From the sequence record MN850576.1: 64,000 nt of DNA. One strand, written 5' to 3'. Both the position numbers and the translations under genes were made by a program. A model generated the notes under the pieces. The model worked only from the letters and a program-made list of their open reading frames with translations, was not told the origin of the DNA and searched no databases. Shown here piece after piece: positions 9,526-18,810 of the stretch. Origin of the DNA: Escherichia phage ime. The stretch's first letter is position 1; every line of letters starts with the position of its first letter.

Positions 9526-9554
9526 TTGACACAACGCTTCAGATTTAGTATCAT
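9526..9554 (+). promoter_or_regulatory. sigma70-like promoter (TTGACA-17-TATCAT)
   Basis: TTGACA 9526-9531, TATCAT 9549-9554, upstream of HPF gene. Confidence 0.5.
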
Positions 9555-9601
9555 TGTTTTCAAAGAGGGTTTGGTTCCCTCTTCTTTAAAAGGAACACGT
9601 T

Positions 9602-9919
9602 ATGCAAATTGAAATCACTGGCAACGTAGAAATCACTGAAGGTATGGTGTCTTTCATTTCCCACAAAATGTCTAAGCTGGAGCGTTTGCATCCCTCTGCC
9701 AACTATGCACGTGTGAGTGTAAAAGTTGAAAATGATCACCAGGAAGTTATGGCGTTCATTTTTGACAATTCTGGAAAAGAAGTTATTGCCAAAGCTAAAG
9801 GCAGTGATGCTTACGAGGCAACTGACCGTATGGTAGATGTTGCAGCACGTCAACTGGCTAAATGCGGTGGAAAGAAAGGTAAGGGGAAAGGCAAAGTAAA
9901 GATTGACTTTGGAGAATGA
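9602..9919 (+). CDS. hpf: ribosome hibernation promoting factor / RaiA-family protein (short form)
   Basis: MQIEITGNVEITEGM...KLERL...ARQLAK closely parallels E. coli HPF MQLNITGNNVEITEAL...KLEQY...ARQLTK (recalled). Confidence 0.75.
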   Translation: MQIEITGNVEITEGMVSFISHKMSKLERLHPSANYARVSVKVENDHQEVMAFIFDNSGKEVIAKAKGSDAYEATDRMVDVAARQLAKCGGKKGKGKGKVKIDFGE

Positions 9920-9928
9920 GGTGCTACA

Positions 9929-10030
9929 ATGGGTGTGATCAAGAAATTAGTCCCAAATGTAGAGATTGCATGCTTTGAAATTATGTTTGCAATCGCAGTT
10001 GTAGTTAATGTGTTAGGTTACGGCTATTAA
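9929..10030 (+). CDS. small hydrophobic protein (33 aa), below track cutoff
   Basis: ATG 9929 with GGAGAATGAGGTG RBS; hand-translated. Confidence 0.3.
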   Translation: MGVIKKLVPNVEIACFEIMFAIAVVVNVLGYGY

Positions 10031-10056
10031 TATCAAATAATTGAGGAGACCTCTAA

Positions 10057-10326
10057 ATGAAAATTAAATTATTCAAAACTGAGCTGGCAGACAAAAACTG
10101 TGGACTGGTTGAAGGTATGATTGTCGAAGCACAACCAGTTGACTATATGAAGGTGGTTCGTGATGCCCTGGGTGAAGGTTTTGATCTGATGGAGCCAGCT
10201 CTGCGAGAAGATGTTATCGAGATGGCTAAAAAGCACACACCTGAAGGCATGGTGGTGTTTGTTGCACCGGGTAACGGAGAAGAGTTGATTGTAACTCCGG
10301 ATGTGTATGAGATTGTAGAGGAATAA
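10057..10326 (+). CDS. small acidic protein (family A-related, ...EIVEE)
   Basis: GAGGAGA RBS. Confidence 0.5.
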   Translation: MKIKLFKTELADKNCGLVEGMIVEAQPVDYMKVVRDALGEGFDLMEPALREDVIEMAKKHTPEGMVVFVAPGNGEELIVTPDVYEIVEE

Positions 10327-10417
10327 TCCTGCTTGGATTAGCATACTTCCTCGATAAGGAAGGTTTGTAATTATTTGTGGGAAAGGAATCCCAATCTCTT
10401 ACCAGAGGTGATACTAT

Positions 10418-10681
10418 ATGATTGTTTATTTTAAAACTTCAGGTGGATACCCTGATTCTCAAAGCTTGATCGGAAAAACGTGCACAGCATACTCACCTCT
10501 TGATGAGGAGGTAGGCGATATTCTACGAAATATGTATCGGATTGATCCTCAAGAAGCTTTTGATCAAAACCTTGTATTTGTCAAGGGCTCAGACATGAAG
10601 TCTTTGGGAGCATTCCCTGAAGCAGATGATGATGCCGTTTATTCGTTCATGACCCCTTTTGAAGCTATGGTTGTTGGGTGA
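10418..10681 (+). CDS. small protein, paralog family A
   Basis: LVFVKGSDMKSLGA motif. Confidence 0.5.
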   Translation: MIVYFKTSGGYPDSQSLIGKTCTAYSPLDEEVGDILRNMYRIDPQEAFDQNLVFVKGSDMKSLGAFPEADDDAVYSFMTPFEAMVVG

Positions 10682-10685
10682 TAAT

Positions 10686-11018
10686 ATGAAAGTACGCTTT
10701 ATTGGTGAAACAATTCCTGTGCATCTCCGGTCGCCTGAGGATTCTGCAGATCTTGCATCTCAAAAGGCGAGAGGTTATGATAAGAAAGTAACCTCAACTG
10801 ATGTAGTGCTTGAGGCTACTAGTCTACCTGACCCTGCTGCATTCTTTAATCATTATGGGTACTATTTCAGCAATCTGATGAATATCGGTGAGCTTGTGTT
10901 TATTAGTGGTGGAGAGATTGTTAGCAAGCTTGGCGGCGATCCGGATGTCTTTCATGAAACCTGTCCTTTTGCATTTGTGGTAGGTTCAGATGTGGAAGTT
11001 ATTGAGGAGGTGCGGTAA
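10686..11018 (+). CDS. small protein, paralog family A
   Basis: MKVRFIGE...VVGSDVEVIEE; ATG 10686. Confidence 0.5.
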   Translation: MKVRFIGETIPVHLRSPEDSADLASQKARGYDKKVTSTDVVLEATSLPDPAAFFNHYGYYFSNLMNIGELVFISGGEIVSKLGGDPDVFHETCPFAFVVGSDVEVIEEVR

Positions 11019-11413
11019 TGGTAAGCCTATACCGTGTTGAGTATAGCTCAGATACTGTATACAACGTAAGAAGCAAAGATCGCAGCGACAGAGTGCAAGA
11101 AATGTATGTTCTTGCCGACAGTCCGTTATCTGCAGCGTTCAAGGCAGGGGCTCTTGCATCTCGTTGGAAATTTGAAGGCGGATCTTTCTATGAAGAAACC
11201 CTTGAAGATTCTGTTGTTATTTCTTCTGTAGAGGTTTCAGATGACTACGAAGGGAAAAAGTTCGTAATGCGGCACCCACACAGCAACATTGCGTACTACT
11301 GGGATGTTCTGAACAACGAGTGGACCCCAGATCTTCAGAAGGCTACTGTGCTAACACCGTTTTTGGCAGATAAGTTCCCACCAGAAGGTAATTTATCCGC
11401 ACTGTTTCAGTAA
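11018..11413 (+). CDS. hypothetical protein (paralog of 8813..9211)
   Basis: Shared HPxSNIAYYWD...WTP motif. Confidence 0.5.
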   Translation: MVSLYRVEYSSDTVYNVRSKDRSDRVQEMYVLADSPLSAAFKAGALASRWKFEGGSFYEETLEDSVVISSVEVSDDYEGKKFVMRHPHSNIAYYWDVLNNEWTPDLQKATVLTPFLADKFPPEGNLSALFQ

Positions 11414-11492
11414 TTTTCTTGCACACAGGTGTTGACAACGCCAACCCTGTGTGAAATAATACCTTCATCTTAACAAGACAGGAGACCGATTG

Positions 11493-11750
11493 ATGAAGAT
11501 TAAATTGAAAAACCTTGAAACGGCAGAGATTCAGGACGGTGTTGATTTCCGTTCTAAAGATGGTGACATCTTAGAGGTAAATATTCCAACCTACGAGCTG
11601 ATTAAAGGTTTTGGCAACGTTCCGGAAGAGGATATTACAGAAATTCTTATGATGTTGATTCTTGACGGAACTGTGTTTGTAGGTGAAGGTGAGAACGCTA
11701 TTGCAATCCCAGGCCATTTTTATGAAGTAGTTGACGAAGAGGTGCTGTAA
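11493..11750 (+). CDS. small acidic protein (family A-related)
   Basis: ATG 11493 with AGGAGA RBS. Confidence 0.5.
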   Translation: MKIKLKNLETAEIQDGVDFRSKDGDILEVNIPTYELIKGFGNVPEEDITEILMMLILDGTVFVGEGENAIAIPGHFYEVVDEEVL

Positions 11751-12101
11751 ATGAAAGTAGAAATTACCGGTTTTGATGTGAATGTGGTTCCGGAAGATAT
11801 TTTAGCTAAACTTCCAGAAGGTTTTGGTAACGGCGTTGTGGTGGATGCTGTTCCTCCTACCAAAGACATTCTGCTGCAGTATGGTGTAGCAGAGGAAGAT
11901 GTCGATAAAGTTCTTACAATGATGGCAATCGATCGTGTTGTCGTTGTTAAAGGTCTCGATAATTTTGAGAGTGATCCCCTGATTATTCGTGGAGATGACT
12001 ACAAAATCATCGATAATGAAGGCCAAGAGTTCTATGAACCTTGTGCAGAAGATATTCTTAACTTATTACTGGAAGCAGGCACCGAAGAGGAGGACGAATA
12101 A
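11751..12101 (+). CDS. small highly acidic protein
   Basis: ORF track; abutting upstream stop. Confidence 0.5.
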   Translation: MKVEITGFDVNVVPEDILAKLPEGFGNGVVVDAVPPTKDILLQYGVAEEDVDKVLTMMAIDRVVVVKGLDNFESDPLIIRGDDYKIIDNEGQEFYEPCAEDILNLLLEAGTEEEDE

Positions 12102-12430
12102 TGAAGATTGACCCGTTACTGAAGGCTCGTGCAGAAAAAGCGTACACTATTAAGCTGACTAATCTGGTTCCTACTTGTCATCCGGATGTAGGTTGGCCCG
12201 AAGGTCTGGTAGAGGGAACTGTAACAGCTGCATACCTTCCTAACATCAAGTACCTTATGGAGATCTTAGAGATGGATGAGGAAACTGCAGAACAGTTCCA
12301 GTTAGATATGAAACAGAGTGGGACTCTGGTTATTCACGGGTGGTATAATACTAAAGATGCAGAAGACCCTCTGGTAACTTCTAATCTGGCATATGAAATC
12401 TTAGGGCCTTTGAACCTGGAGGAAGACTAA
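12101..12430 (+). CDS. small acidic protein
   Basis: ORF track; TAATG overlap. Confidence 0.5.
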   Translation: MKIDPLLKARAEKAYTIKLTNLVPTCHPDVGWPEGLVEGTVTAAYLPNIKYLMEILEMDEETAEQFQLDMKQSGTLVIHGWYNTKDAEDPLVTSNLAYEILGPLNLEED

Positions 12431-12717
12431 TGAAAGATCTGGTTAAGATTAAGATTAAAGATACCAATGGAGAACTCAGCCATTTTGGAATTAATGATGG
12501 TGACGAGCTGATCGCACACCTGCCTACTAAGGAGGTTGTAAGCAAAGCAGTTGCCGGAGAAGAAGCTGCAATGCAGGCTGCAGGTGTGGATGAAAACTAT
12601 GTAGCTATGTGCATGTGCCGAGATCAGGTTGTTCTGTATAAAGCGTATCGACCAAACGGAGCCACGGAGTGGCTTGTATTCCGACCCGAAGGATATGAAA
12701 TCTTAGAGGCACTATGA
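12430..12717 (+). CDS. hypothetical protein
   Basis: ORF track; TAATG overlap. Confidence 0.5.
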   Translation: MKDLVKIKIKDTNGELSHFGINDGDELIAHLPTKEVVSKAVAGEEAAMQAAGVDENYVAMCMCRDQVVLYKAYRPNGATEWLVFRPEGYEILEAL

Positions 12718-12806
12718 TAAATCTTGCCAAGGTTGCAACGGCACTGTTAATTATTTGCTGGTCTGTAACCTTAACACTGTGTCTTGTATTTCAGTGAGGT
12801 GCTTGT

Positions 12807-13070
12807 ATGAACATCCTGATGTGGGTTATAGCAGTGGCGTTTGTTGCATGTTTTTGCTGCTGGGTTGCGGTGAGGATTTCTGTAGCTACCCTTCGGAAGT
12901 TGGGGTTCTCAGAATGGGATATTAATATCCTTTCTTTTCGCAATGAAACAATCTCAGCCGCCCTGCTTTGTAAGAAATTCAAGTGGGAACCTTGTGAGGT
13001 CATGAGCTATCTAAGAACAGGCGATATCCCTGAAAGATTTAAAAAAGTTCTTGACGGCAAGGATAAATGA
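12807..13070 (+). CDS. small membrane protein
   Basis: ORF track; hydrophobic N-terminus. Confidence 0.45.
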   Translation: MNILMWVIAVAFVACFCCWVAVRISVATLRKLGFSEWDINILSFRNETISAALLCKKFKWEPCEVMSYLRTGDIPERFKKVLDGKDK

Positions 13071-13225
13071 CAGTATAGTGACTAACAAGAGGTGAGGAGT
13101 GACTGATTTTACTGAAGCTTTAATGATGGCCTTGTCTGTTTTAGCGCTATCGGTGTGTTTTGGGGCGTTATTCACATCTCTGGTTAAAGTTTTACATACA
13201 GTATTATTACCCAAGGAGCGCAGTA

Positions 13226-13477
13226 ATGACGAAGATTGACTTGAATGCTGGCGACCATGTTGTTGTCAAATGCATCGGAGATTATCTTGGATTCACAATC
13301 GGTAATACTTACGAGGCGGTAGTGGCGAAGGTTTATCATGATAAAGTCCTCAGTCTTGTATTTGACTGCGATGATGATGGAGATGACCGATACGTCTGTG
13401 AGGTGCTGGCACGAGACGACAGTGAAGACCAGAAATTCTTGGTTATTGAACTGAACGGTATTTTTGTAGAACGTTAA
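13226..13477 (+). CDS. hypothetical protein
   Basis: ATG 13226 with CAAGGAG RBS. Confidence 0.45.
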   Translation: MTKIDLNAGDHVVVKCIGDYLGFTIGNTYEAVVAKVYHDKVLSLVFDCDDDGDDRYVCEVLARDDSEDQKFLVIELNGIFVER

Positions 13478-13505
13478 TTTAAAACAACATAAGGGGACTC
13501 TTACT

Positions 13506-13811
13506 ATGGCTAAATCTAAAGTTGAACTGTTCACCTCTCTTCCTTCTGACACTGCAGAGCGTGATCGCCTTCGCAAGACAATCGAAGAACTGGTGGAACT
13601 CCAACTTCAGATTAAAGATCTGAAAGATGCCATTAAGGATATCATTCTCGTTGAGAAGCAGGATCACCTGTATTCTCCTAAATTCATCAAATCTCTGGTG
13701 GCTACCGAGTTCGATATTCGCTATGAGGCTGAAAAACGTCGAGCTAAAATCGAAGAAGAGGTTGAGCACATGTCCGAGGCAGACATTCTGTTCAAACGCT
13801 CTGTAGAATAA
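13506..13811 (+). CDS. hypothetical coiled-coil protein
   Basis: TAAGGGGA RBS. Confidence 0.5.
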   Translation: MAKSKVELFTSLPSDTAERDRLRKTIEELVELQLQIKDLKDAIKDIILVEKQDHLYSPKFIKSLVATEFDIRYEAEKRRAKIEEEVEHMSEADILFKRSVE

Positions 13812-13820
13812 TGACAAAAA

Positions 13821-13845
13821 GAGGGGCCCAAGCCCCTCTTTTTAC
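13821..13845 (+). terminator. rho-independent terminator
   Basis: GAGGGGC-CCAA-GCCCCTC followed by TTTTT. Confidence 0.6.
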
Positions 13846-13866
13846 TATCTATGAAGGAGATTTGAG

Positions 13867-14199
13867 ATGGGTATACCGATCACTGTAAAAGAATTGAATG
13901 AACGTGATGCAGGTGGTCTATGGCCTGCACGAAAAATACGCTGCATCCGTATGAAAGAGAACCTTGAGCATCTTGAGCAACAGAAACGGATTGAGGTTGG
14001 TGATATTTTCGAAGTATTTTATTCTGATCGCCGTAACTGGGAAACCATTCAACCTTCCGGTTTTGTTCTTGCTAAGCTTGACACTGGAGAAGTGATTGTT
14101 CCTGGGTTGGATATTGTCTTCGAAATTATCCAGGAGTGGGATCCGGACAAGATTAGATACGAAGAGCTATTCGGTGAAGGTATTATCAAACCTGTGTGA
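13867..14199 (+). CDS. hypothetical protein
   Basis: AAGGAGA RBS. Confidence 0.5.
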   Translation: MGIPITVKELNERDAGGLWPARKIRCIRMKENLEHLEQQKRIEVGDIFEVFYSDRRNWETIQPSGFVLAKLDTGEVIVPGLDIVFEIIQEWDPDKIRYEELFGEGIIKPV

Positions 14200-14207
14200 G
14201 GTGGATT

Positions 14208-14507
14208 ATGTCTACAAAGGCGGCTAAATACTCCTACATGCCATCAACCTCTGCAGAGGTAGACTTTAGTTTCGATGTGTTTCCACTGTTTGAGGTGGTT
14301 CTGGCATACCCAACAATACTATCTACTCCTGAATCACTTGTGCCTGTTAAGTTGCAGAACGCTATGCATTCCATGCACTACAACAACAAATGTAGGCACA
14401 GATGGTGTCAGGACGAGGAAAAAGATTTGGATAGTTTGAGAGATTTTGACAGTCACCTTTTGACACCTTTCAGCTACTCCAACCTTGATAAGCCCTCGTG
14501 GGTATAG
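14208..14507 (+). CDS. hypothetical protein
   Basis: ATG 14208 after GAGGTGG. Confidence 0.45.
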   Translation: MSTKAAKYSYMPSTSAEVDFSFDVFPLFEVVLAYPTILSTPESLVPVKLQNAMHSMHYNNKCRHRWCQDEEKDLDSLRDFDSHLLTPFSYSNLDKPSWV

Positions 14508-14531
14508 CAAAATATCAAATTTAAGACACCT

Positions 14532-14558
14532 AGGACGCTCTGTGGCGTCCTTTTCTTT
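14532..14558 (+). terminator. rho-independent terminator
   Basis: AGGACGC-TCTGTG-GCGTCCT followed by TTTCTTT. Confidence 0.6.
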
Positions 14559-14720
14559 ATCTGGTGCACGATTGCATACCTTGGGCAGTTAATCTCATTA
14601 CAGAGCGTTTAAGAGCTCCCTACAAACAACTCCATATTTCGAGCGTAGCGAGAACGCACGTCCGTTTTGACCCAAATCACCATACGCTCGGATTTTAACC
14701 AAACCCTCGCGGCGTTTCTG

Positions 14721-14749
14721 TTGACACATTACCGATCCAGTGATAGTAT
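14721..14749 (+). promoter_or_regulatory. sigma70-like promoter (TTGACA-17-TAGTAT)
   Basis: Consensus -35 and near-consensus -10. Confidence 0.5.
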
Positions 14750-14867
14750 CCACACATAGTTTGTAGAATATGGAGTACACAATGAGAACATTGTCCGAAG
14801 TTTTAGTGGTGATCCTGATGATCATTACGTCCATAGCGGCTGTTGCCGGAATACTCACGGGTGGAAC

Positions 14868-15080
14868 ATGATAAACACACATGCATCTGAAGAGACATCC
14901 AAAGGAGTGACTATATGTCCCTTGGCTGAGCCAGTGAAAGAGGAAAACTTAGATTCTGAAGATTCTCCATCTTCGCTCCAGGTAGATCCTGAGGCTGATG
15001 ACCTAACGTGGGAAGACATCGTAGATATCTGGTTCTCTATTATGCCTGAGCACGAAGAGTTCAGGGGTGGTAGACTATGA
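14868..15080 (+). CDS. small highly acidic protein
   Basis: ORF track; D/E-rich; start context weak. Confidence 0.35.
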   Translation: MINTHASEETSKGVTICPLAEPVKEENLDSEDSPSSLQVDPEADDLTWEDIVDIWFSIMPEHEEFRGGRL

Positions 15081-15201
15081 AGCACCGAGCCCACACAGGT
15101 TCCTCATGCTAAAGCATGGCCTGAAGAGGCAAACGTGCATAATTCCTGTGCATCGGAACGTATAAAACCCTGTTCACACTCTCATTTCCAGAGGAGATTT
15201 C

Positions 15202-15417
15202 ATGAAGATAGAAATATTTGGTGGAGCTGACAACACTCGTGGCCTGATTTACCTTGAATTCGATGAATCATACCTGCCAGAGGTGTTAAATATGGACTCT
15301 GTTGCTGATGCTTTGGGAGTAAGTCCTAAAGATCTCTACTCTGGTGCTGAGATTGATGGTTGGGAGGAGACCATGAACATTGATTTCAGTGAAGTAGGTG
15401 ATGAACCACTGGACTGA
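15202..15417 (+). CDS. small acidic protein (family A-related)
   Basis: GAGGAGA RBS. Confidence 0.5.
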   Translation: MKIEIFGGADNTRGLIYLEFDESYLPEVLNMDSVADALGVSPKDLYSGAEIDGWEETMNIDFSEVGDEPLD

Positions 15418-15546
15418 CACACAATTAGCTGCCAGGCTAAAGTGCTGGAAGCGCACCTATAACACATCTTTCAACTAAATTTCCTACCACCACAATCACT
15501 TACCTCCCACACATGACTGTTTGCTTGTTTAGTGAGCAGTCATGCC

Positions 15547-15574
15547 TTGACATTCTTGCCTATCCTGATAAAAT
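15547..15574 (+). promoter_or_regulatory. sigma70-like promoter reading into ORF-free region
   Basis: TTGACA 15547-15552, TAAAAT 15569-15574; no ORF of 60 aa or more for ~2 kb downstream. Confidence 0.4.
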
Positions 15575-16992
15575 TAAGTTCTTCTCTTTTCTTTTACCGA
15601 GTAATTCGGGTTTTCTGTTCTCTTCGGTTTGAAGGGGTATGGAGATACACCTGAGTGAACAGGGTGAACAACCGAACCATTGGCTATGGCATTAGCATGG
15701 CGAAGCGGACGGGTGACGAAAGAGGGGCCGGAGGACACCAGTCACTGCCATATGGTATATGGGTGATAACCTGAAGAGTCTGAATAAGTGTTTAAGTACC
15801 AGTCAGAGGAAAAGGTGAATGGTAGCCGAAGGGGGAGGGGGGTTTCTTGTATCTTTAATTTGTATATTATGTATACACTTGTAAACCAATCTCATCTGAA
15901 TCTGTTTACCACACAAAGCGGATAGAGACAAATATCACCTATTAAACTTGAATTATTTATAGAAAATACCACAACACCACTTAAGTCTTTGATTTTACAC
16001 ACAAATCCTACAGATATTCAACCTCCATATTTAACATACTTGTAACATATTCCATACTCTACCTGTCTGATCAATCTACCCAACCACATCCTTCATATTT
16101 TCCCTGTCTGTACCACCCCTGCCCCGCCGGGAGTCCCGTCATATCTGGCTTTCCAGTAAATAGCACACCCACAAATATCATTGCCTGAAGAGGGTTTCAT
16201 CCCATAATACATGCCTTACCTGAAGAGCGCTTCATACACCACGTAAATTTTTTAATTGACCTGCAATTTTCCCGTCATGACCCCCCCCCTGCCCCGCCGG
16301 AGAGGTTGGCTTTTCCCACACAGACCTGAAGAGTCAGCCAGAAATATCTGAACAGGTCCAGTTCTGCCTTGTCATGAGCCGTAGCGACTGGAGTGCTGCC
16401 AGGCGGACGGAATGGGAATACTTCTCATTCTTATAATAATTCTCAAATATCGAGGCAGTGAGGCAAATTAATAGGTGAGGCCGTTCACACAGTGGCACAA
16501 CATTTGCAATCTATTTTGTGAGGGTGAATGAGAATACCTATCATTGTGAGAACCTTTATCATTACGGGCAATTTAACATAATACCCATTATGCGCACCAC
16601 TGGCGATACATACAGGGATTGATACCATGAGTTACAGTTTACGCATATAACAATCATATTTCTTACTATTTGTGTGGGATATAGTTAGCAACCAATAGAT
16701 TAGATATTGACCTACAGACTTCCAACCGTCTAGACGTCTAAACGCCCACACACCAAGGGTTATACATACATTACTGAATGTAAACAGGGCCGCAAAAATG
16801 CTACCATACCAGTTTGTAAATTTTTCATGCAGCACTTGACAAAGAGGAGAAAAACTTGTCTGACATAATGTGACCTAACTGACACAACATGACACTTTTA
16901 CACACCTATTAGTTTACACACTGGATTGTTTACATTCCTGATTGTTCACATGCTAACCATTTACATGATTGACTGTTTACACACCGATAATC

Positions 16993-17244
16993 AGCCATGC
17001 CATTCGTTTGCATGACAATAATTATACATGACAATAATCGCACTGATTATAATTAGCATGACATAATATAAAAGCAGGGCAACTATTAGCAGATCTATAG
17101 TTGCCTTGCTTGTTATGTCATGATTAACTAAATACAAGGCAACTATGATCTGATTAATAGTTTGCAGACAAACTATCACGGGGGTGATGGTTACTGCTTT
17201 TATATTATGTCGCGACTCCGTCGCGCCATGCCATTCGTTTGCAT
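16993..17244. repeat. 20-bp direct repeats (GCCATGCCATTCGTTTGCAT) flanking nested inverted repeats; candidate ori/pac
   Basis: Direct repeats at ~16993-17012 and 17225-17244; inverted-repeat arms 17060-17077/17194-17211; palindrome GGCAACTAT-N10-ATAGTTGCC 17078-17105; ATAGTTTG-CAGA-CAAACTAT 17157-17176. Confidence 0.6.
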
Positions 17245-17859
17245 AGTTGCCTTATTGTTACAGATAAAATAATTGTATTGTTAATTATTTCTTATCTTTC
17301 TATTAGTCATCTAATGATTTCAGTTAATATAGTAACGTACAGTAAACATTAGACGACTAAAGATTTCTCTGCTTATGGTAACCTAACGTGACAATTCCAG
17401 ACTGTTTACGAAAAATGTTGACACCTGGGCCGATTTATGTTATGCAGTTTACACGAATAATTATTTTATGCAGGTATTGACTATTCCGTTATTCTATGGT
17501 TGGAATAAATGCTTAGCAGGCTATAGAATGGCGAGCGTACGTAAATTCTGAGATCTGGCGGCTATAGTTATACTCGATTTTTCACGTAGAAAACGCTTTT
17601 GTAGCTATGTAAGTGTATGACTTATAAAGATTTTTAGTTGTTGACAAGATATTGGAGATGTGCATCAGATTAAATTTTGTGCAATAGCTACATTACGTGC
17701 ACTTTTGGAAGAAAAAACGTGTAAAAATGGCCCTGCTACCACACAATGAAAGATTATGCAATAGTTATTTTATATGTATATTTGTACAGTGTGTGGGATT
17801 AATGGCTAGTCAATTATTCCACTTGCCAGGTAGGGCCGTTTATGGTAGGAGAAGAGCAG

Positions 17860-17888
17860 ACAAAAAGAAAGGGGCCTTTAAGCCCCTT
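17860..17888 (-). terminator. rho-independent terminator (minus strand)
   Basis: GGGGC stem-loop; on minus strand followed by TTCTTTTTGT. Confidence 0.55.
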
Positions 17889-17906
17889 GATAATTCAGTT
17901 AAGAAA

Positions 17907-18326
17907 TTATAATGATTCGTATATTTCAAAAATCCGATTTGCCAGGTCGTTACGGTAGCGGAATTTTTCATCACGCTTGATCATTAAATCCTTATAGCCG
18001 TACTCTTTAAGCACTTCATTAACTTTATGGCGGCATACCTGCATATTATCTTGAGCGTCACCAATAAACTTGTTGCTGTGGTGCATTGCTTTAATTTCTT
18101 CTTCCAGGACCAGGGCAACTACCCGGACCGGATCAAGCTGGTAGGCGGTAACATCCATGCGGCATTGTAGACGGCTTTTAACGTCTGCCACCGGATATAC
18201 TGCAACCTCTTCCCCGTCAACATTAACAATAACTAGTTTACCATCGATTTCGAATCCTTTCGCCGCCGGACCGTGACAAAAAGCGTTATCAAAGCTATAT
18301 GCCGGATTATCAGATTTAATGTTCAT
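17907..18326 (-). CDS. hypothetical protein
   Basis: ORF track. Confidence 0.5.
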   Translation of the reverse strand: MNIKSDNPAYSFDNAFCHGPAAKGFEIDGKLVIVNVDGEEVAVYPVADVKSRLQCRMDVTAYQLDPVRVVALVLEEEIKAMHHSNKFIGDAQDNMQVCRHKVNEVLKEYGYKDLMIKRDEKFRYRNDLANRIFEIYESL

Positions 18327-18433
18327 GGTGTTTTTACCTCTTAGTTAATTTTCTTACAACTTCCCTTCAAAAAGAATATAGCAAAACTGCCGATCCCTGT
18401 CAACCAAGGATAGCATAATTTTTATGTGATCAA

Positions 18434-18449
18434 GGGGCTTTATTGCCCC
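18434..18449 (-). promoter_or_regulatory. GC-rich intergenic hairpin (GGGGC-N6-GCCCC)
   Basis: Palindrome seen in sequence. Confidence 0.4.
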
Positions 18450-18469
18450 TGACCATGTAACTTGTTGTA

Positions 18470-18733
18470 TTATTTGTTGCTCATCCAGTTTTCCCAAGCT
18501 GCCTGATAATCTGCCTCACTACGGCGGATCTCTTCTTGTTCTTCACGCCGGATCTCTTCTTCCAGGTACCCCAGTATATCGGCTTTTTTGGTCTGGCGTA
18601 ACATCCAATCATCTTTTTTACGAGTAAAGATCTTATAAGCTTTCTCGCAAACCTCTTTTTTGCTACCTTTCTGGACTTCAAGAATTCTGTAGGCCATGTA
18701 CTGAACTAATTTAAGCTGATCCAGACGTTTCAT
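18470..18733 (-). CDS. hypothetical protein
   Basis: ORF track. Confidence 0.45.
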   Translation of the reverse strand: MKRLDQLKLVQYMAYRILEVQKGSKKEVCEKAYKIFTRKKDDWMLRQTKKADILGYLEEEIRREEQEEIRRSEADYQAAWENWMSNK

Positions 18734-18810
18734 GATGTTTCCTCTTTATGTGGTTCGTTTTGATTAGTTGATAATACAGCAGTTCGCAGATCAGTCTTTA
18801 GCAATTCATG

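Noticed and set aside
14598-15094. Minus-strand ORFs 14598..14882 and 14855..15094
   Set aside because: Opposite to local transcription, overlap a plus-strand promoter and plus-strand small ORFs, no RBS.
15420-17900. tRNA genes in the large ORF-free region
   Set aside because: No cloverleaf-compatible segments with GTTCRANYC-type T-loop or D-loop signatures found by eye; not excluded without tRNAscan-type search.
16632-17912. Track ORFs 16632..16835(-), 16991..17179(-), 17697..17912(+)
   Set aside because: Lie in the repeat/palindrome-rich non-coding region, lack convincing RBS and are built from low-complexity repeat sequence.
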